From: Thermoplasmata archaeon
GTDB lineage: Archaea; Thermoplasmatota; Thermoplasmata; Lutacidiplasmatales; UBA184
Assembly: GCA_049800095.1 (NCBI GenBank)
Contig: JBARJD010000139.1
Coordinates: 1 to 49,094 of the forward strand
Length of the DNA: 49,094 nt
Direction: 5' to 3'
Position numbers and translations under genes: made by a program. The stretch's first letter is position 1; every line of letters begins with the position of its first letter. The notes below the pieces were generated by a model. That model did not search any database and was not told the origin of the DNA. It saw only the letters and a list, made by a program, of their open reading frames with translations. Shown in pieces: positions 1 to 8,308 of this stretch.

Positions 1-41
1 CTCCGGAGGCCTCTGTGATGTCCAAGCTATACTACGGGCCC
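1..41 (-). tRNA. tRNA-Arg(CCG), 5' part only (continues beyond the left edge)
   Basis: The reverse complement of 1-41 reads GGGCCCG-TA-GTAT-AGCTTGGAC..-GAGGC-CTCCGGA-G. That gives a typical archaeal acceptor 5' arm, a D-loop with A14/GG, an anticodon-stem 5' arm and a 7-nt loop C-T-CCG-G-A. A TAAATA box lies about 26-31 nt upstream. D-stem pairing is imperfect and the 3' half is outside the window. Confidence 0.55.
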
Positions 42-66
42 GCGCGTCGCATTCGAAGCCGGACTG

Positions 67-72
67 TATTTA
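67..72 (-). promoter_or_regulatory. TATA-box-like element (TAAATA on minus strand) upstream of the partial tRNA-Arg
   Basis: The minus strand reads CCTAAATAC, ending about 25 nt before the first tRNA base. The same CCTAAATAC string precedes padR at 44979-44987. Confidence 0.4.
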
Positions 73-443
73 GGAACTACCTCGAAGGTTCCACACGGTG
101 AATTCCAGATTGGACATTTTGCCATATGGGTGCGGCCGGATGAATGGAGCGGAGACGACCATGCCAACTCTGCGAGCCTTGGCGGAGATGGGATTGCTGG
201 TGGGCGCCGCGGTGGTGGTCCTCGTCCTCGCCACGGTGGTGCTATGAAGCCCCCGCCACCCAAGCACGGGATTGCCGCCGTACCCTCGGAAGGAACCGAC
301 CTCGATCTCCCGATCCTCCGATCGTGGGCCGTGACCTCCGACCTTCGGAGGTTCGCGCGAGAACTACCGGATCTCCTTCGGTCCCGTCGCTTTTCCCACC
401 GGCCGTAACGCCGGCCGGGTCGTCCGAGTCCGTTGGGACCGGA

Positions 444-629
444 TCACTTTCCTTTCGGCTTTCCCTTCGGCGTCGCGGTCTTCGACTCGCTGTAGCCGCA
501 TCGGCCGCAGGAACGCCGGTTGTCATGTTCCGCTAGGAACACGCCGGCCCCGCACTTCGGGCACGACTTGTGGGTCCGGACGAGCGACTCGCCTTGGACC
601 TCGTAGAGCCCTACCCGTGCCTTGCTCAT
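444..629 (-). CDS. rps27ae: 30S ribosomal protein S27ae (eS31)
   Basis: 61 aa with the zinc ribbon CPKCG...CGRCG and a basic C-terminus. It is the last gene of the conserved archaeal rpoE-spt4-DUF359-S24e-S27ae block. Confidence 0.9.
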   Translation of the reverse strand: MSKARVGLYEVQGESLVRTHKSCPKCGAGVFLAEHDNRRSCGRCGYSESKTATPKGKPKGK

Positions 630-632
630 GGA

Positions 633-1232
633 TCAGTCCTCTTTCTTGGGTTCGTGGGCCGGCTTCCCCTTGCCGTCGGGCTTGGGGCTCTTTTCGGATT
701 TCTCCGCCTTGTCGTCGTGCTCGGCCTTCTCGCCTTTGTGCCCCTCGCCCTTGTGGGCTTCCTTAGGGGTCTCGGGCTTGTGTCCTTCCGCCTTGGGGTG
801 CTCCGCCTTCGGGTGCTCGGGTTTCGCGGACTCCTTCGGAGTCTCTTCCTTCGCGGGCTCGGACTTCGACGGCACGGCCTTCGGCTCCTCCTTCGGAGAC
901 TCGGGCCCGGGCGCCTCTCCGCCGGCGGCGGGGGCCGCGGGGACGGCCATTTCGCGCAGGCCGTTCCGAATGAGGATATGCTCGCGGACCGTCACATCGA
1001 CGGCCTCCTTCGTGGCGTAGGCCATCGCCTCCCCCCGGGTCTTGGCGATCCCGAAGCGCGCGTTCATTCGCTCGATGACGAGCCGGTCCGCCGGCACCTT
1101 GACCAGCTTGGCCAACTCCTTCCGGACGTCCGCTCGAGGCGGCGTCGCGGCGCCGGCATGGTCCACCTCGAAGGTGTACTCTTTGCGATGCATGAGCGGG
1201 TTCGGCCGCTCTTCCAGGATCTTAACCTCCAA
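633..1232 (-). CDS. rps24e: 30S ribosomal protein S24e (eS24) with a C-terminal K/E/P-rich extension of about 100 aa
   Basis: The core LEVKILEERPNPLMHRKEYTFEVDH...RFGIAKTRGEAMAY is a typical S24e. The likely start is TTG at 1232, overlapping the upstream gene's stop by 11 nt. The ORF-track start at 1322 would add an unconserved leader inside the DUF359 gene. Confidence 0.8.
   Translation of the reverse strand: MEVKILEERPNPLMHRKEYTFEVDHAGAATPPRADVRKELAKLVKVPADRLVIERMNARFGIAKTRGEAMAYATKEAVDVTVREHILIRNGLREMAVPAAPAAGGEAPGPESPKEEPKAVPSKSEPAKEETPKESAKPEHPKAEHPKAEGHKPETPKEAHKGEGHKGEKAEHDDKAEKSEKSPKPDGKGKPAHEPKKED
788..817. repeat. Tandem 15-bp repeat (2 units, 1 mismatch) inside the rps24e tail
   Basis: CCGCCTTGGGGTGCT (788-802) is followed directly by CCGCCTTCGGGTGCT (803-817). 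On the minus strand these encode the repeated EHPKA-EHPKA. Confidence 0.7.
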
Positions 1233-1782
1233 GGGGCACCTTCCGGTATTCCATTTGTGCGATGAGCGCGCGTGCGTTATCCTTCGTTCGAGCGTTGACC
1301 GGAACGAAAGAGACCCCCGCACCCGGAATTCCGTATATAACGGTCGCTCCCGAGGGGAGCGCTTCCACGAGCGCGAGCGAGCCCAGGTCCTCCTCGCCGT
1401 CCACTACGATGAGTCCCCCGCCCTCGAATACGAGGTCGTGGATGGCCGTACGGAGGGCTTCGGTCAGCATCCCCGGTGGGTTGTGGACCTTCCGGACTCG
1501 GACCTGGGCGAGCGCCGAGAAGGCCGTCGGATCCACTGGCTCGTTCCGCTTGGTCTTGTAATCGACGACCGCCACCATCGGGGTCTTGCCGAGACGAAGC
1601 GCCTGGGCCGTGACCATATCGCCGCAAGCGCCGAAGACCTTCAGATCCCGGATGCGCCGGTCCGCTTCGGCCCCCGAGTAGACTGGCCCGTACTGTTCGG
1701 CCAAGCGGGGACGCAGCGCCGCGGGGACGACCCAGACCCCTTCCTCATCACTTGACACGGAGCGCGTACCGTCCGCCGGCAT
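1222..1782 (-). CDS. DUF359 family protein (archaeal GTP-dependent dephospho-CoA kinase family)
   Basis: 186 aa in the conserved position between spt4 and rps24e. It has the GD.V... and VVDGEEDL-type motifs of the DUF359 family. The start is either ATG 1782 or in-frame GTG 1758; both overlap the spt4 3' end. Confidence 0.7.
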   Translation of the reverse strand: MPADGTRSVSSDEEGVWVVPAALRPRLAEQYGPVYSGAEADRRIRDLKVFGACGDMVTAQALRLGKTPMVAVVDYKTKRNEPVDPTAFSALAQVRVRKVHNPPGMLTEALRTAIHDLVFEGGGLIVVDGEEDLGSLALVEALPSGATVIYGIPGAGVSFVPVNARTKDNARALIAQMEYRKVPLGG

Positions 1783-1933
1783 GAATGCCCATCTTGCGGG
1801 CGATCTCGGACTTCTCGGGGTCGACGACGAGCAAGTATCCTTGCCACTCGCGGCTGGTCTCGCCGCCGCACCGTGGGCACTTCGTTCCCTCGGAGATGTA
1901 GGAGCAGTTCTTGCACGCCTTGAGCTGGATCAT
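1748..1933 (-). CDS. spt4: Transcription elongation factor Spt4 (RpoE'')
   Basis: 61 aa with the zinc ribbon CKNC...CPRCG, followed by W.G...V.DPEKS.IA, as in archaeal Spt4. It lies directly downstream of rpoE. Confidence 0.9.
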   Translation of the reverse strand: MIQLKACKNCSYISEGTKCPRCGGETSREWQGYLLVVDPEKSEIARKMGIHAGGRYALRVK

Positions 1934-1936
1934 GGT

Positions 1937-2614
1937 TTACGCCTTCGGAGGAGCGACGGCCGGCGTGGCCTCCTTCTTGGCTGCCACGGCAGGGGCGGCG
2001 TCCTTCTTGATGACCGCCTTACCCGCGAGTTCCTTCTTGCCGCCCTTCTTCGGACCCTTGTCTTCGGCCTTCTTGTGGGCATCGACGACCCACTCGAGCC
2101 GCCCCAGGCCCGGCTGGCGCATGGTGAGACCGATCCGACTGTCGCGTGGGGAGATCTCCGACAACGAGAGCGAGACGATACGGGAACGCGTCTTGTACCC
2201 GACCTTGAGGTCCTTCTTGGTCTCGACTCCGACGAGCCGTTGGTTGTGCTCGTCGACGTTGACCCGGTCGTCCATAATCTGTGATACGTGGAGCAGGCCG
2301 TCGAGCGGGCCGAACCGGACGAACGCCCCAAACTTGCGAATTTCGACGACGGCACCCTCTACGACCTCTTGGATCTCAGGTTTGAACAGCAACGCTTGGT
2401 ACTCGACTTCCTGGTAGACGCCTCCGTCGCCGTGGATGATGTGGCCCTCGCCGACCGGCTTGACGTCCTTGACTATGACGGCGAGACTCTGGCCGTCCAC
2501 CAGCTTCCCCTCGAACTGCTGCTGGGCCAGCTCCGTGAGCACGGTCTCCAACTTCGGCCCCAACCGATGGGGCGGAACCCGGACGACATCGTGCCGATAA
2601 TCGAGGTAATACAT
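1937..2614 (-). CDS. rpoE: DNA-directed RNA polymerase subunit E' (Rpo7) with a K/A-rich C-terminal tail
   Basis: An N-terminal Rpo7 domain is followed by an S1 fold (VEGAVVEIRKFGAFVRFGPLDGLLHVSQI). The last 46 aa or so are a low-complexity lysine/alanine tail. Confidence 0.9.
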   Translation of the reverse strand: MYYLDYRHDVVRVPPHRLGPKLETVLTELAQQQFEGKLVDGQSLAVIVKDVKPVGEGHIIHGDGGVYQEVEYQALLFKPEIQEVVEGAVVEIRKFGAFVRFGPLDGLLHVSQIMDDRVNVDEHNQRLVGVETKKDLKVGYKTRSRIVSLSLSEISPRDSRIGLTMRQPGLGRLEWVVDAHKKAEDKGPKKGGKKELAGKAVIKKDAAPAVAAKKEATPAVAPPKA

Positions 2615-2729
2615 GCGAGGCCGCGCGAGCCGAGTAACCTATTAGATGGTTCCGCCCGCCGGCGCGGCCCGGCGAGTTTCCGCCGGGCCGGGGGTCAAGC
2701 TATTTCGGGAGTCCCGCGGTCCTCGCGGT

Positions 2730-3197
2730 ATGCATCTACGGTATTCCGGAGTGCGCGTCACCGACCTCGGACGTTCGCTGCGCTTTTACACCCGGGCCCT
2801 AGGGCTTCGGGAGGTCACCAGAGGAGACCTGAGCCAGTATGGACGGGGCACCTGGGTGCTGCTCCAGGACCCGGCCTCTCACCAACGTCTCGAACTCAAC
2901 TGGTATCCGAAAGGTTCCCAGTTCGACGTCCCGTTCGTCATCGGGGAAGGTTTGGATCACATCGGGTTCTTCCTGGGGCCGGTCCCGGCCTCCACGCTGA
3001 ACCGGATCTACCGCGGACTGCTGCGCCAGGGCGCCGCGCCGACCAATGTCACTCCGGCGACAACGGACGGCTGGGTCGGGTACGTGACCGACCCGGACGG
3101 GAACTGGATCGAGATCTTCCGGGACCGGACGCCGGCCGAAAAGCGCCGGGCAAAGGCCCGGGACGCGGCGGAAAAGCGCCGGAAACGGCGGTCGTAG
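2730..3197 (+). CDS. VOC/glyoxalase I family protein
   Basis: MHLRYSGVRVTDLGRSLRFYTRALGL...LDHIGF...DPDGNWIEIF is the classic vicinal-oxygen-chelate fold pattern. ATG 2730 is preferred over the ORF-track start at 2646. The C-terminus is a basic tail. Confidence 0.75.
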   Translation: MHLRYSGVRVTDLGRSLRFYTRALGLREVTRGDLSQYGRGTWVLLQDPASHQRLELNWYPKGSQFDVPFVIGEGLDHIGFFLGPVPASTLNRIYRGLLRQGAAPTNVTPATTDGWVGYVTDPDGNWIEIFRDRTPAEKRRAKARDAAEKRRKRRS

Positions 3198-3198
3198 G

Positions 3199-4218
3199 TC
3201 AGTTGCGCAGACCCAGCGCCATGTCGGTCACCGCGATCGACGAGGCCGCGTCGGGGGCGAGCCGGAACACCGCCCGGATCGCATCGATGTTCTCGGGTAC
3301 CACGATCGATTCCTGGTGGATCGCCTGGAAGAAGTGCAGGTCCGCGCCGTCGAGGTGTACCCCGTCCTCCCAAAGCACGTTCATCATCATATCCCCGCGG
3401 GGCGCGGCGTGGTCCCGAGCGTACTCGAGGACCTGAGGAGTGCCCTCGACGTGTTCCCAGCTCCGGAAGACCTGAAATCGAGGCGTCTCCCGGAACGCGG
3501 CGATCACGTCGGACGTGCCCGCCGGGGGCCGGCGGAGCCGGACGTGGTTCACGTGCACATGCATCAGGGTCGTGGGGACGACCACGGCGGTGGTCGAGAT
3601 GGGAAGGTCCGGGTAAATCGTTTGGGCATCCGGTGCGTGATGCGAGGGGAACTGGAACGTGGGTAGTATCGCGTTGACGGGGCCCTTCCGCGTCTCGGTC
3701 GGGTCCGCGGCGCGACGGATCAGGGTGGCGTCCCACCGCTCGACTCCGTAGCGAGCTCGAAGCACCGACGCCGCACGTACGATGCCGGTGGTGTTGCAGG
3801 AAACTACCCGAACGCGGCTCTTCCCCAAGGCCGCATCGTAGTTTGCCAATGCGTTGAACGAAACTTCCGCCACTTCGGGCTTCTCCCCCCCTTGGTAGAT
3901 GGCTTTCAGATGGGCCGCCTCGTACCTCGCGGAGTGCTCCCGGCCGATCTTGTCGGGGGTCGCGTCCACGACCACGTCCGCCAGCTGGAACATCTCGTTC
4001 GTGGTTCCTGCGATGGGCAGTCCGGCGGTCCGAAAATCTTCGACCCGGCCGCTCCCGCCCACGAACAGGGGATACGCCTTCTCGACCGCCAGCCGAGCCT
4101 CGAAACTGGGCCGAGTCTTCGCGACGCCGACGAGCACCATGTCGGGCTGCTTCGATACGGCATCGGCCACTCGCTTCCCGATCGTGCCGAATCCGTTCAC
4201 GGCCACTCGCACCGGCAT
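3199..4218 (-). CDS. gap: Glyceraldehyde-3-phosphate dehydrogenase, archaeal type II
   Basis: Contains MPVRVAVNGFGTIGKRVADAV (Rossmann fold), the catalytic VSCNTTG, and LMHVH... The 340-aa length is typical. The start is set at internal ATG 4218. Confidence 0.9.
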   Translation of the reverse strand: MPVRVAVNGFGTIGKRVADAVSKQPDMVLVGVAKTRPSFEARLAVEKAYPLFVGGSGRVEDFRTAGLPIAGTTNEMFQLADVVVDATPDKIGREHSARYEAAHLKAIYQGGEKPEVAEVSFNALANYDAALGKSRVRVVSCNTTGIVRAASVLRARYGVERWDATLIRRAADPTETRKGPVNAILPTFQFPSHHAPDAQTIYPDLPISTTAVVVPTTLMHVHVNHVRLRRPPAGTSDVIAAFRETPRFQVFRSWEHVEGTPQVLEYARDHAAPRGDMMMNVLWEDGVHLDGADLHFFQAIHQESIVVPENIDAIRAVFRLAPDAASSIAVTDMALGLRN

Positions 4219-4322
4219 GGAACGCTCGGGCGAGCGAGTCGGACTCCGAATAAAGGGTTGGGGGCCGGGCGCCCGAGACGGGAACGCTTTATCGCCGGAC
4301 CGGCGTGGCGCACCGGTTGCCA

Positions 4323-5516
4323 ATGGACTTTGCTCTCAGCGAAGAGGAAACCGCCTTCCAAGAGGCCGTCCGTAAGTTCGGAGACAAGGTACTTCGGCCC
4401 CACGAACGCGAGATCGACTCCGAGGGACGCATCCCCGACGTGGTGCTCCAAGAAATGGCACATCTCGGGCTGTTGTCCCCGTTGGTATCGCCAGAGTACG
4501 GCGGCCTCGGCGCTTCGGCGGTGCTTACCGAACTCGCCGCCGAGGAGGTCGGTCGCGGGGACTTCTCAATGGCGACCGCGGTGTTCTACCTGCTCGAGGC
4601 CGGCTGGGGCTGGACCCTCGAGACGCACGGGACTGAGGAGGCGAAACGAGAGATCCTGCCCGCCGTTACTGCGGGAAAGGCGTTCCTCGGGATCGCGACG
4701 ACCGAGCCCGGTGGGGGCAGTGACCTCGGCAACATGAAGACCGAATCGCGCCGGGACGGGGACGGCTACATCCTCCGCGGGGAGAAGGCGTTCCTCTCGG
4801 GCGTCGAAGAAGCGAAGCGACTCGGCGGGGGCCATCTGACCCTCAGCCACAACCGGAATGGTTCGGGATTCAATTTCATTTACGTTCCCACCAACTCTCC
4901 GGGGATCGCCTCCCAGAAGTTCGAGAACATGGGCCGGATGGGAATCTCCACTGGCGGGCTCACCTATGCGGATGTCCGACTGCCGACCCGGTACCGCATC
5001 GGCGAGGAAGGCAAGGGCTTCCAGTACGCGATGGAAGGCTTCCAGGTCGCTCGAACGTTCGTCTCCGCCGCCTGCGTCGGTGCCGCCGAGCGGGCGCTCG
5101 AGACCGGCATCGCTTGGATCAAGGAACGGCAGGCGTTCGGCCAGCCGCTCGGAAAGTTCGAGGGGATTCAGTTCGAAATGGCGGACCTCTTCACGCAGAT
5201 CGAGGCCGTGAAGTGGCAGTGCCGGCGGGCCGCTTGGCTGATCGACCGGTACGTGATGAAGGACGACCCATCCCACCGGTCGGAGATCGACAAGGTCGTC
5301 GCGAGCGTCAAGCTCACCGCCCCCCAGGTGGCCTTCGACACCGTCCGCCGGGTCATGATGTGGTTCGGTGCGGCCGGTTACACGAAGGACGTCGGCCTCG
5401 AGCTGGGATTCCGAGGCATCATGTCGTACATGGTGGGGGCCGAGGGCGGCCTCAACATCATGCGAATCATTCTCGGCCGCGAGCTTCTGGGCAAAGAGTT
5501 CGTGCCGTACAAGTAA
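4323..5516 (+). CDS. Acyl-CoA dehydrogenase
   Basis: MDFALSEEETAFQEAVRKF..., TEPGGGSD, and a C-terminal ...YEG-like region are typical of the ACAD family. ATG 4323 was chosen. Confidence 0.85.
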   Translation: MDFALSEEETAFQEAVRKFGDKVLRPHEREIDSEGRIPDVVLQEMAHLGLLSPLVSPEYGGLGASAVLTELAAEEVGRGDFSMATAVFYLLEAGWGWTLETHGTEEAKREILPAVTAGKAFLGIATTEPGGGSDLGNMKTESRRDGDGYILRGEKAFLSGVEEAKRLGGGHLTLSHNRNGSGFNFIYVPTNSPGIASQKFENMGRMGISTGGLTYADVRLPTRYRIGEEGKGFQYAMEGFQVARTFVSAACVGAAERALETGIAWIKERQAFGQPLGKFEGIQFEMADLFTQIEAVKWQCRRAAWLIDRYVMKDDPSHRSEIDKVVASVKLTAPQVAFDTVRRVMMWFGAAGYTKDVGLELGFRGIMSYMVGAEGGLNIMRIILGRELLGKEFVPYK

Positions 5517-5520
5517 GCGC

Positions 5521-6474
5521 ATGGCGACGACGCGGGGCCGGGGCCACCCCCTCGCCGAACGCGAGTTCCATCGGTGGGTCCGGGCACATTTGCCCGCCGG
5601 GCGGAGCGGACGGCTGCCCATCGGGGACGACGCGGCGGCGCTGGAGGTAGGTCGGAACCGGATCGTCCTCCTCTCGTCCGACGCCTTCGTCGAGAACGTG
5701 CACTTCCGGCGCACGAGCTCCCCACGACTGGTCGGCGAGGCGGTCACGGCAGTGAATCTCAGTGACATCGCCGCGAAGGGAGGCCGCCCGGCCGCCATCT
5801 TGATCGACCTGCTCGCACCCTCTGGCACACCGACCGAATGGGCGCGATCCGTTCTCCAAGGAGCTGAGAAAATGGCCGCCCGATTCGACTGCCATGTGGT
5901 GGGCGGAGATACCAAGCCGAGCGCGTCCCGAACGGTCGTCGGGGTCGCGGTCGGCTGGTCCAGTGGAACATCACTCCCGACACGTCGCGGGGCCCGACCG
6001 GGCGATGTGGTGGTCACCACCGGCGTGGTGGGCCTCGGAGGGGTCTACCGCTCCGATGCCAACGGTTCACTCCGAGTGCTCCCTCGAATCCCCGAGGGTC
6101 AGGTGCTGGCCCCGCTCGTCCATTCGATGACCGATACTTCCGACGGGATCGCGGATGCCGCCCACTTGATCGCCCAGAGCAGTTCTCGGAAGATCGTCCT
6201 AGTCGCGGGGGCCTTGCCGCTCCACCCCCGCCTCCGCCGACGCGGAATGGGGACAACCCATCAACTTCGGACCGCTTTCTACGGAGGGGACTACGAACTT
6301 TTCGCGACCATGGACGCCGCACGGGTGAGACGGGCGCGGGTGGGGCTCCGACGGCTCGGATGCCCGCTCACGGTCATCGGCCGAGTTGAAATCGGACACG
6401 GTGCATGGCTCGAACGGGGCGGCCGACAGCGTCCGTTGCCGAGCGCCGGCTGGCGCCACTTCAGCGGCGCGTAG
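5521..6474 (+). CDS. thiL: Thiamine-monophosphate kinase (AIR synthase-related family)
   Basis: PIGDDAAALE..., FVENVHF, DIAAKGG and GGDT motifs. The 317-aa length is typical of ThiL. The start is set at ATG 5521. Confidence 0.75.
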   Translation: MATTRGRGHPLAEREFHRWVRAHLPAGRSGRLPIGDDAAALEVGRNRIVLLSSDAFVENVHFRRTSSPRLVGEAVTAVNLSDIAAKGGRPAAILIDLLAPSGTPTEWARSVLQGAEKMAARFDCHVVGGDTKPSASRTVVGVAVGWSSGTSLPTRRGARPGDVVVTTGVVGLGGVYRSDANGSLRVLPRIPEGQVLAPLVHSMTDTSDGIADAAHLIAQSSSRKIVLVAGALPLHPRLRRRGMGTTHQLRTAFYGGDYELFATMDAARVRRARVGLRRLGCPLTVIGRVEIGHGAWLERGGRQRPLPSAGWRHFSGA

Positions 6475-6520
6475 CGGATTTCCGACGAGGTTATCCCTCG
6501 CCGACCTTCGAGCGCAACCC

Positions 6521-7453
6521 ATGGAGGGCCTCGTCGCGCGCTCGCTGTCGAAGACCTACCACGGTCGGCGCGGGCTCGTCCAGGCTCTCGACAGCGTCGA
6601 CATGACGATTCCGAAGGGACGACTCTTCGGATTCCTGGGACGGAACGGCGCCGGGAAGACGACGTTCATCAAGATCGCCTCGGCGTTGCTCATGCCGACC
6701 GCGGGGACGATCCAGCTGTTCGGGATCGACGTCGTCGAACACGCCCGCGAGGTGCGCGAGCAGATCGCGCTTGTCCCGCAGGAGGGCAAACCGTTCTATC
6801 ACCTGAACCCGCGAGAGCATATCGAAGAGTATCTGCGGGTACGCGGCGCGTCCGCCGAGACGGCGAAGGCGCGGGCCGACGAGGTGCTGGAGGGCATGGG
6901 CATGCTGCCCTTCCAGGACATCCCGGCGATGGTACTGTCCGGCGGTCTTCAGCAGCGGACGTTGGTGGCGATGGTCCTCGCCACGGAGGCCCCGTTCCTG
7001 TTCCTCGACGAGCCCACTCTGGGGATGGACCCGTTCGCTCGCCGACAAGTGTGGGAAGTGATCCGCCGCGCGGCCCGGAAAGGGTCGACGGTCCTCCTGA
7101 CCACGCATTATCTCGATGAGGCGGAGCAGCTTTCCGAAGAGCTCGCGGTCATCGAAGGCGGTCAGGTCCTGTACCAGGGCAGCGCGGAGGCGCTCAAGTC
7201 GAAGGTGCGGCTTGAGGTCCGGCTGCAGTTCAGCGGAGGCTTCTCGGAACACGAGCTGGCGGGCTACGGTCAGGTGCATACCGAGCGGAACGGGGTCACG
7301 CTGCTCACGACCAAGGACAAGGTGGAGGAGCTCACGCGCCGGGCCCTCGAGCGCAAGGTCGCGGTCAACGTCGGGCCGGTGACGCTCGAGGACGCGTTCC
7401 TCACGTTGGTCGGCCGGGCCATCGAGGAGGAGGACACGGAGGCGCTCGCGTGA
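6521..7453 (+). CDS. ABC transporter ATP-binding protein (ABC-2/DrrA-like)
   Basis: Walker A GRNGAGKTT, signature LSGGLQQR, Walker B FLFLDEPTLGMD. Its stop overlaps the GTG start of the permease. Confidence 0.85.
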   Translation: MEGLVARSLSKTYHGRRGLVQALDSVDMTIPKGRLFGFLGRNGAGKTTFIKIASALLMPTAGTIQLFGIDVVEHAREVREQIALVPQEGKPFYHLNPREHIEEYLRVRGASAETAKARADEVLEGMGMLPFQDIPAMVLSGGLQQRTLVAMVLATEAPFLFLDEPTLGMDPFARRQVWEVIRRAARKGSTVLLTTHYLDEAEQLSEELAVIEGGQVLYQGSAEALKSKVRLEVRLQFSGGFSEHELAGYGQVHTERNGVTLLTTKDKVEELTRRALERKVAVNVGPVTLEDAFLTLVGRAIEEEDTEALA

Positions 7454-8214
7454 CGTTCAAGACCCAGGCGAACGCGGTCTTCCGGATCTGCTACTTCCAC
7501 GGGATTCTCGGGCTGGTGCGCAGTCCGGTCTTCTTCGTAGCGATCTTCCTCACGCCGCTCAGCTTCCTGTTCTTCCTCTACGTCGTAGCCCCGCACTCGG
7601 TGCTCCCGTTCGGCGTCATCGGCGGCATCCTGTTCTCGGCGTTGTTCACGGGCAACGGCATGATGACCGACTGCGCGTATCTCCGTCTCGAGCGCCAGCT
7701 GCAGCAGGTGTTCATCACGAGCCCCCTGCGTCCGCTGTCGTGGGTGCTCGGGATGGCACTCGCCGAGCTGGCGTTCACGATCCCCGCCCTCGCGCTGTTC
7801 CTCATCGTGCTCGCGCTTCTCGTCCCGATCGGAGTGTTGACGATCCTGGCCCTTGTCGGGGTCATCCTGCTGACCTGGCTGCTCGCGAGCAGCCTCGGAT
7901 TTCTGCTCTCCACCTTTTTCCGGCAGCTTCGGGAGATCTGGCCGATCGGGATGGTCGTCTTCACCGCCCTGTCGGTGCTCCCGCCGATCTTCTATCCCAT
8001 CGCCGAGATCCCGTCAAAGTTCCGGTGGGTCGCCTATCTTTCGCCGTCGACGTTCGCGAGCCAGCTCGCCGCCAGCGCCGCGGGGTTGCCGGTACCGGAG
8101 ATCACGGTCGTTCCAGCGCTCTCGTCGGTGCCGGTGGAAGTGGCCGGACTGGTGATCCTGACGATCCTGTTCACTGTGATGGCGATGCGGCTCGCCCGCT
8201 GGCGCGAGCCGTAG
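7450..8214 (+). CDS. ABC-2 type transporter permease
   Basis: 254 aa with about 6 hydrophobic spans. It is translationally coupled to the ATPase by a GTGA overlap. Confidence 0.7.
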   Translation: MTFKTQANAVFRICYFHGILGLVRSPVFFVAIFLTPLSFLFFLYVVAPHSVLPFGVIGGILFSALFTGNGMMTDCAYLRLERQLQQVFITSPLRPLSWVLGMALAELAFTIPALALFLIVLALLVPIGVLTILALVGVILLTWLLASSLGFLLSTFFRQLREIWPIGMVVFTALSVLPPIFYPIAEIPSKFRWVAYLSPSTFASQLAASAAGLPVPEITVVPALSSVPVEVAGLVILTILFTVMAMRLARWREP

Positions 8215-8272
8215 GAGGCTCCAACGCCGCCGGCATGCGCCGGCGTGTCAGAGTCAAAGGTGCGCTCAAATA

Positions 8273-8295
8273 CACCCCGAACCTCGTTCGGGGTG
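8273..8295. promoter_or_regulatory. Perfect 10-3-10 palindrome between a TATA-like box and the gdhA start
   Basis: CACCCCGAAC-ctc-GTTCGGGGTG. The CAAATA box is at 8267-8272 and the gdhA ATG at 8309. Confidence 0.5.
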
Positions 8296-8308
8296 CAGGT
8301 GGCCAAGA

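Noticed and set aside
27-408. ORFs 27-263(-), 70-267(-), 130-408(+) and 144-536(+) at the left edge.
   Set aside because: They give P/R/G-rich, motif-free translations that overlap each other and the tRNA promoter region. Only the 28-codon hydrophobic micro-ORF (161-247) seemed worth flagging, and that at low confidence.
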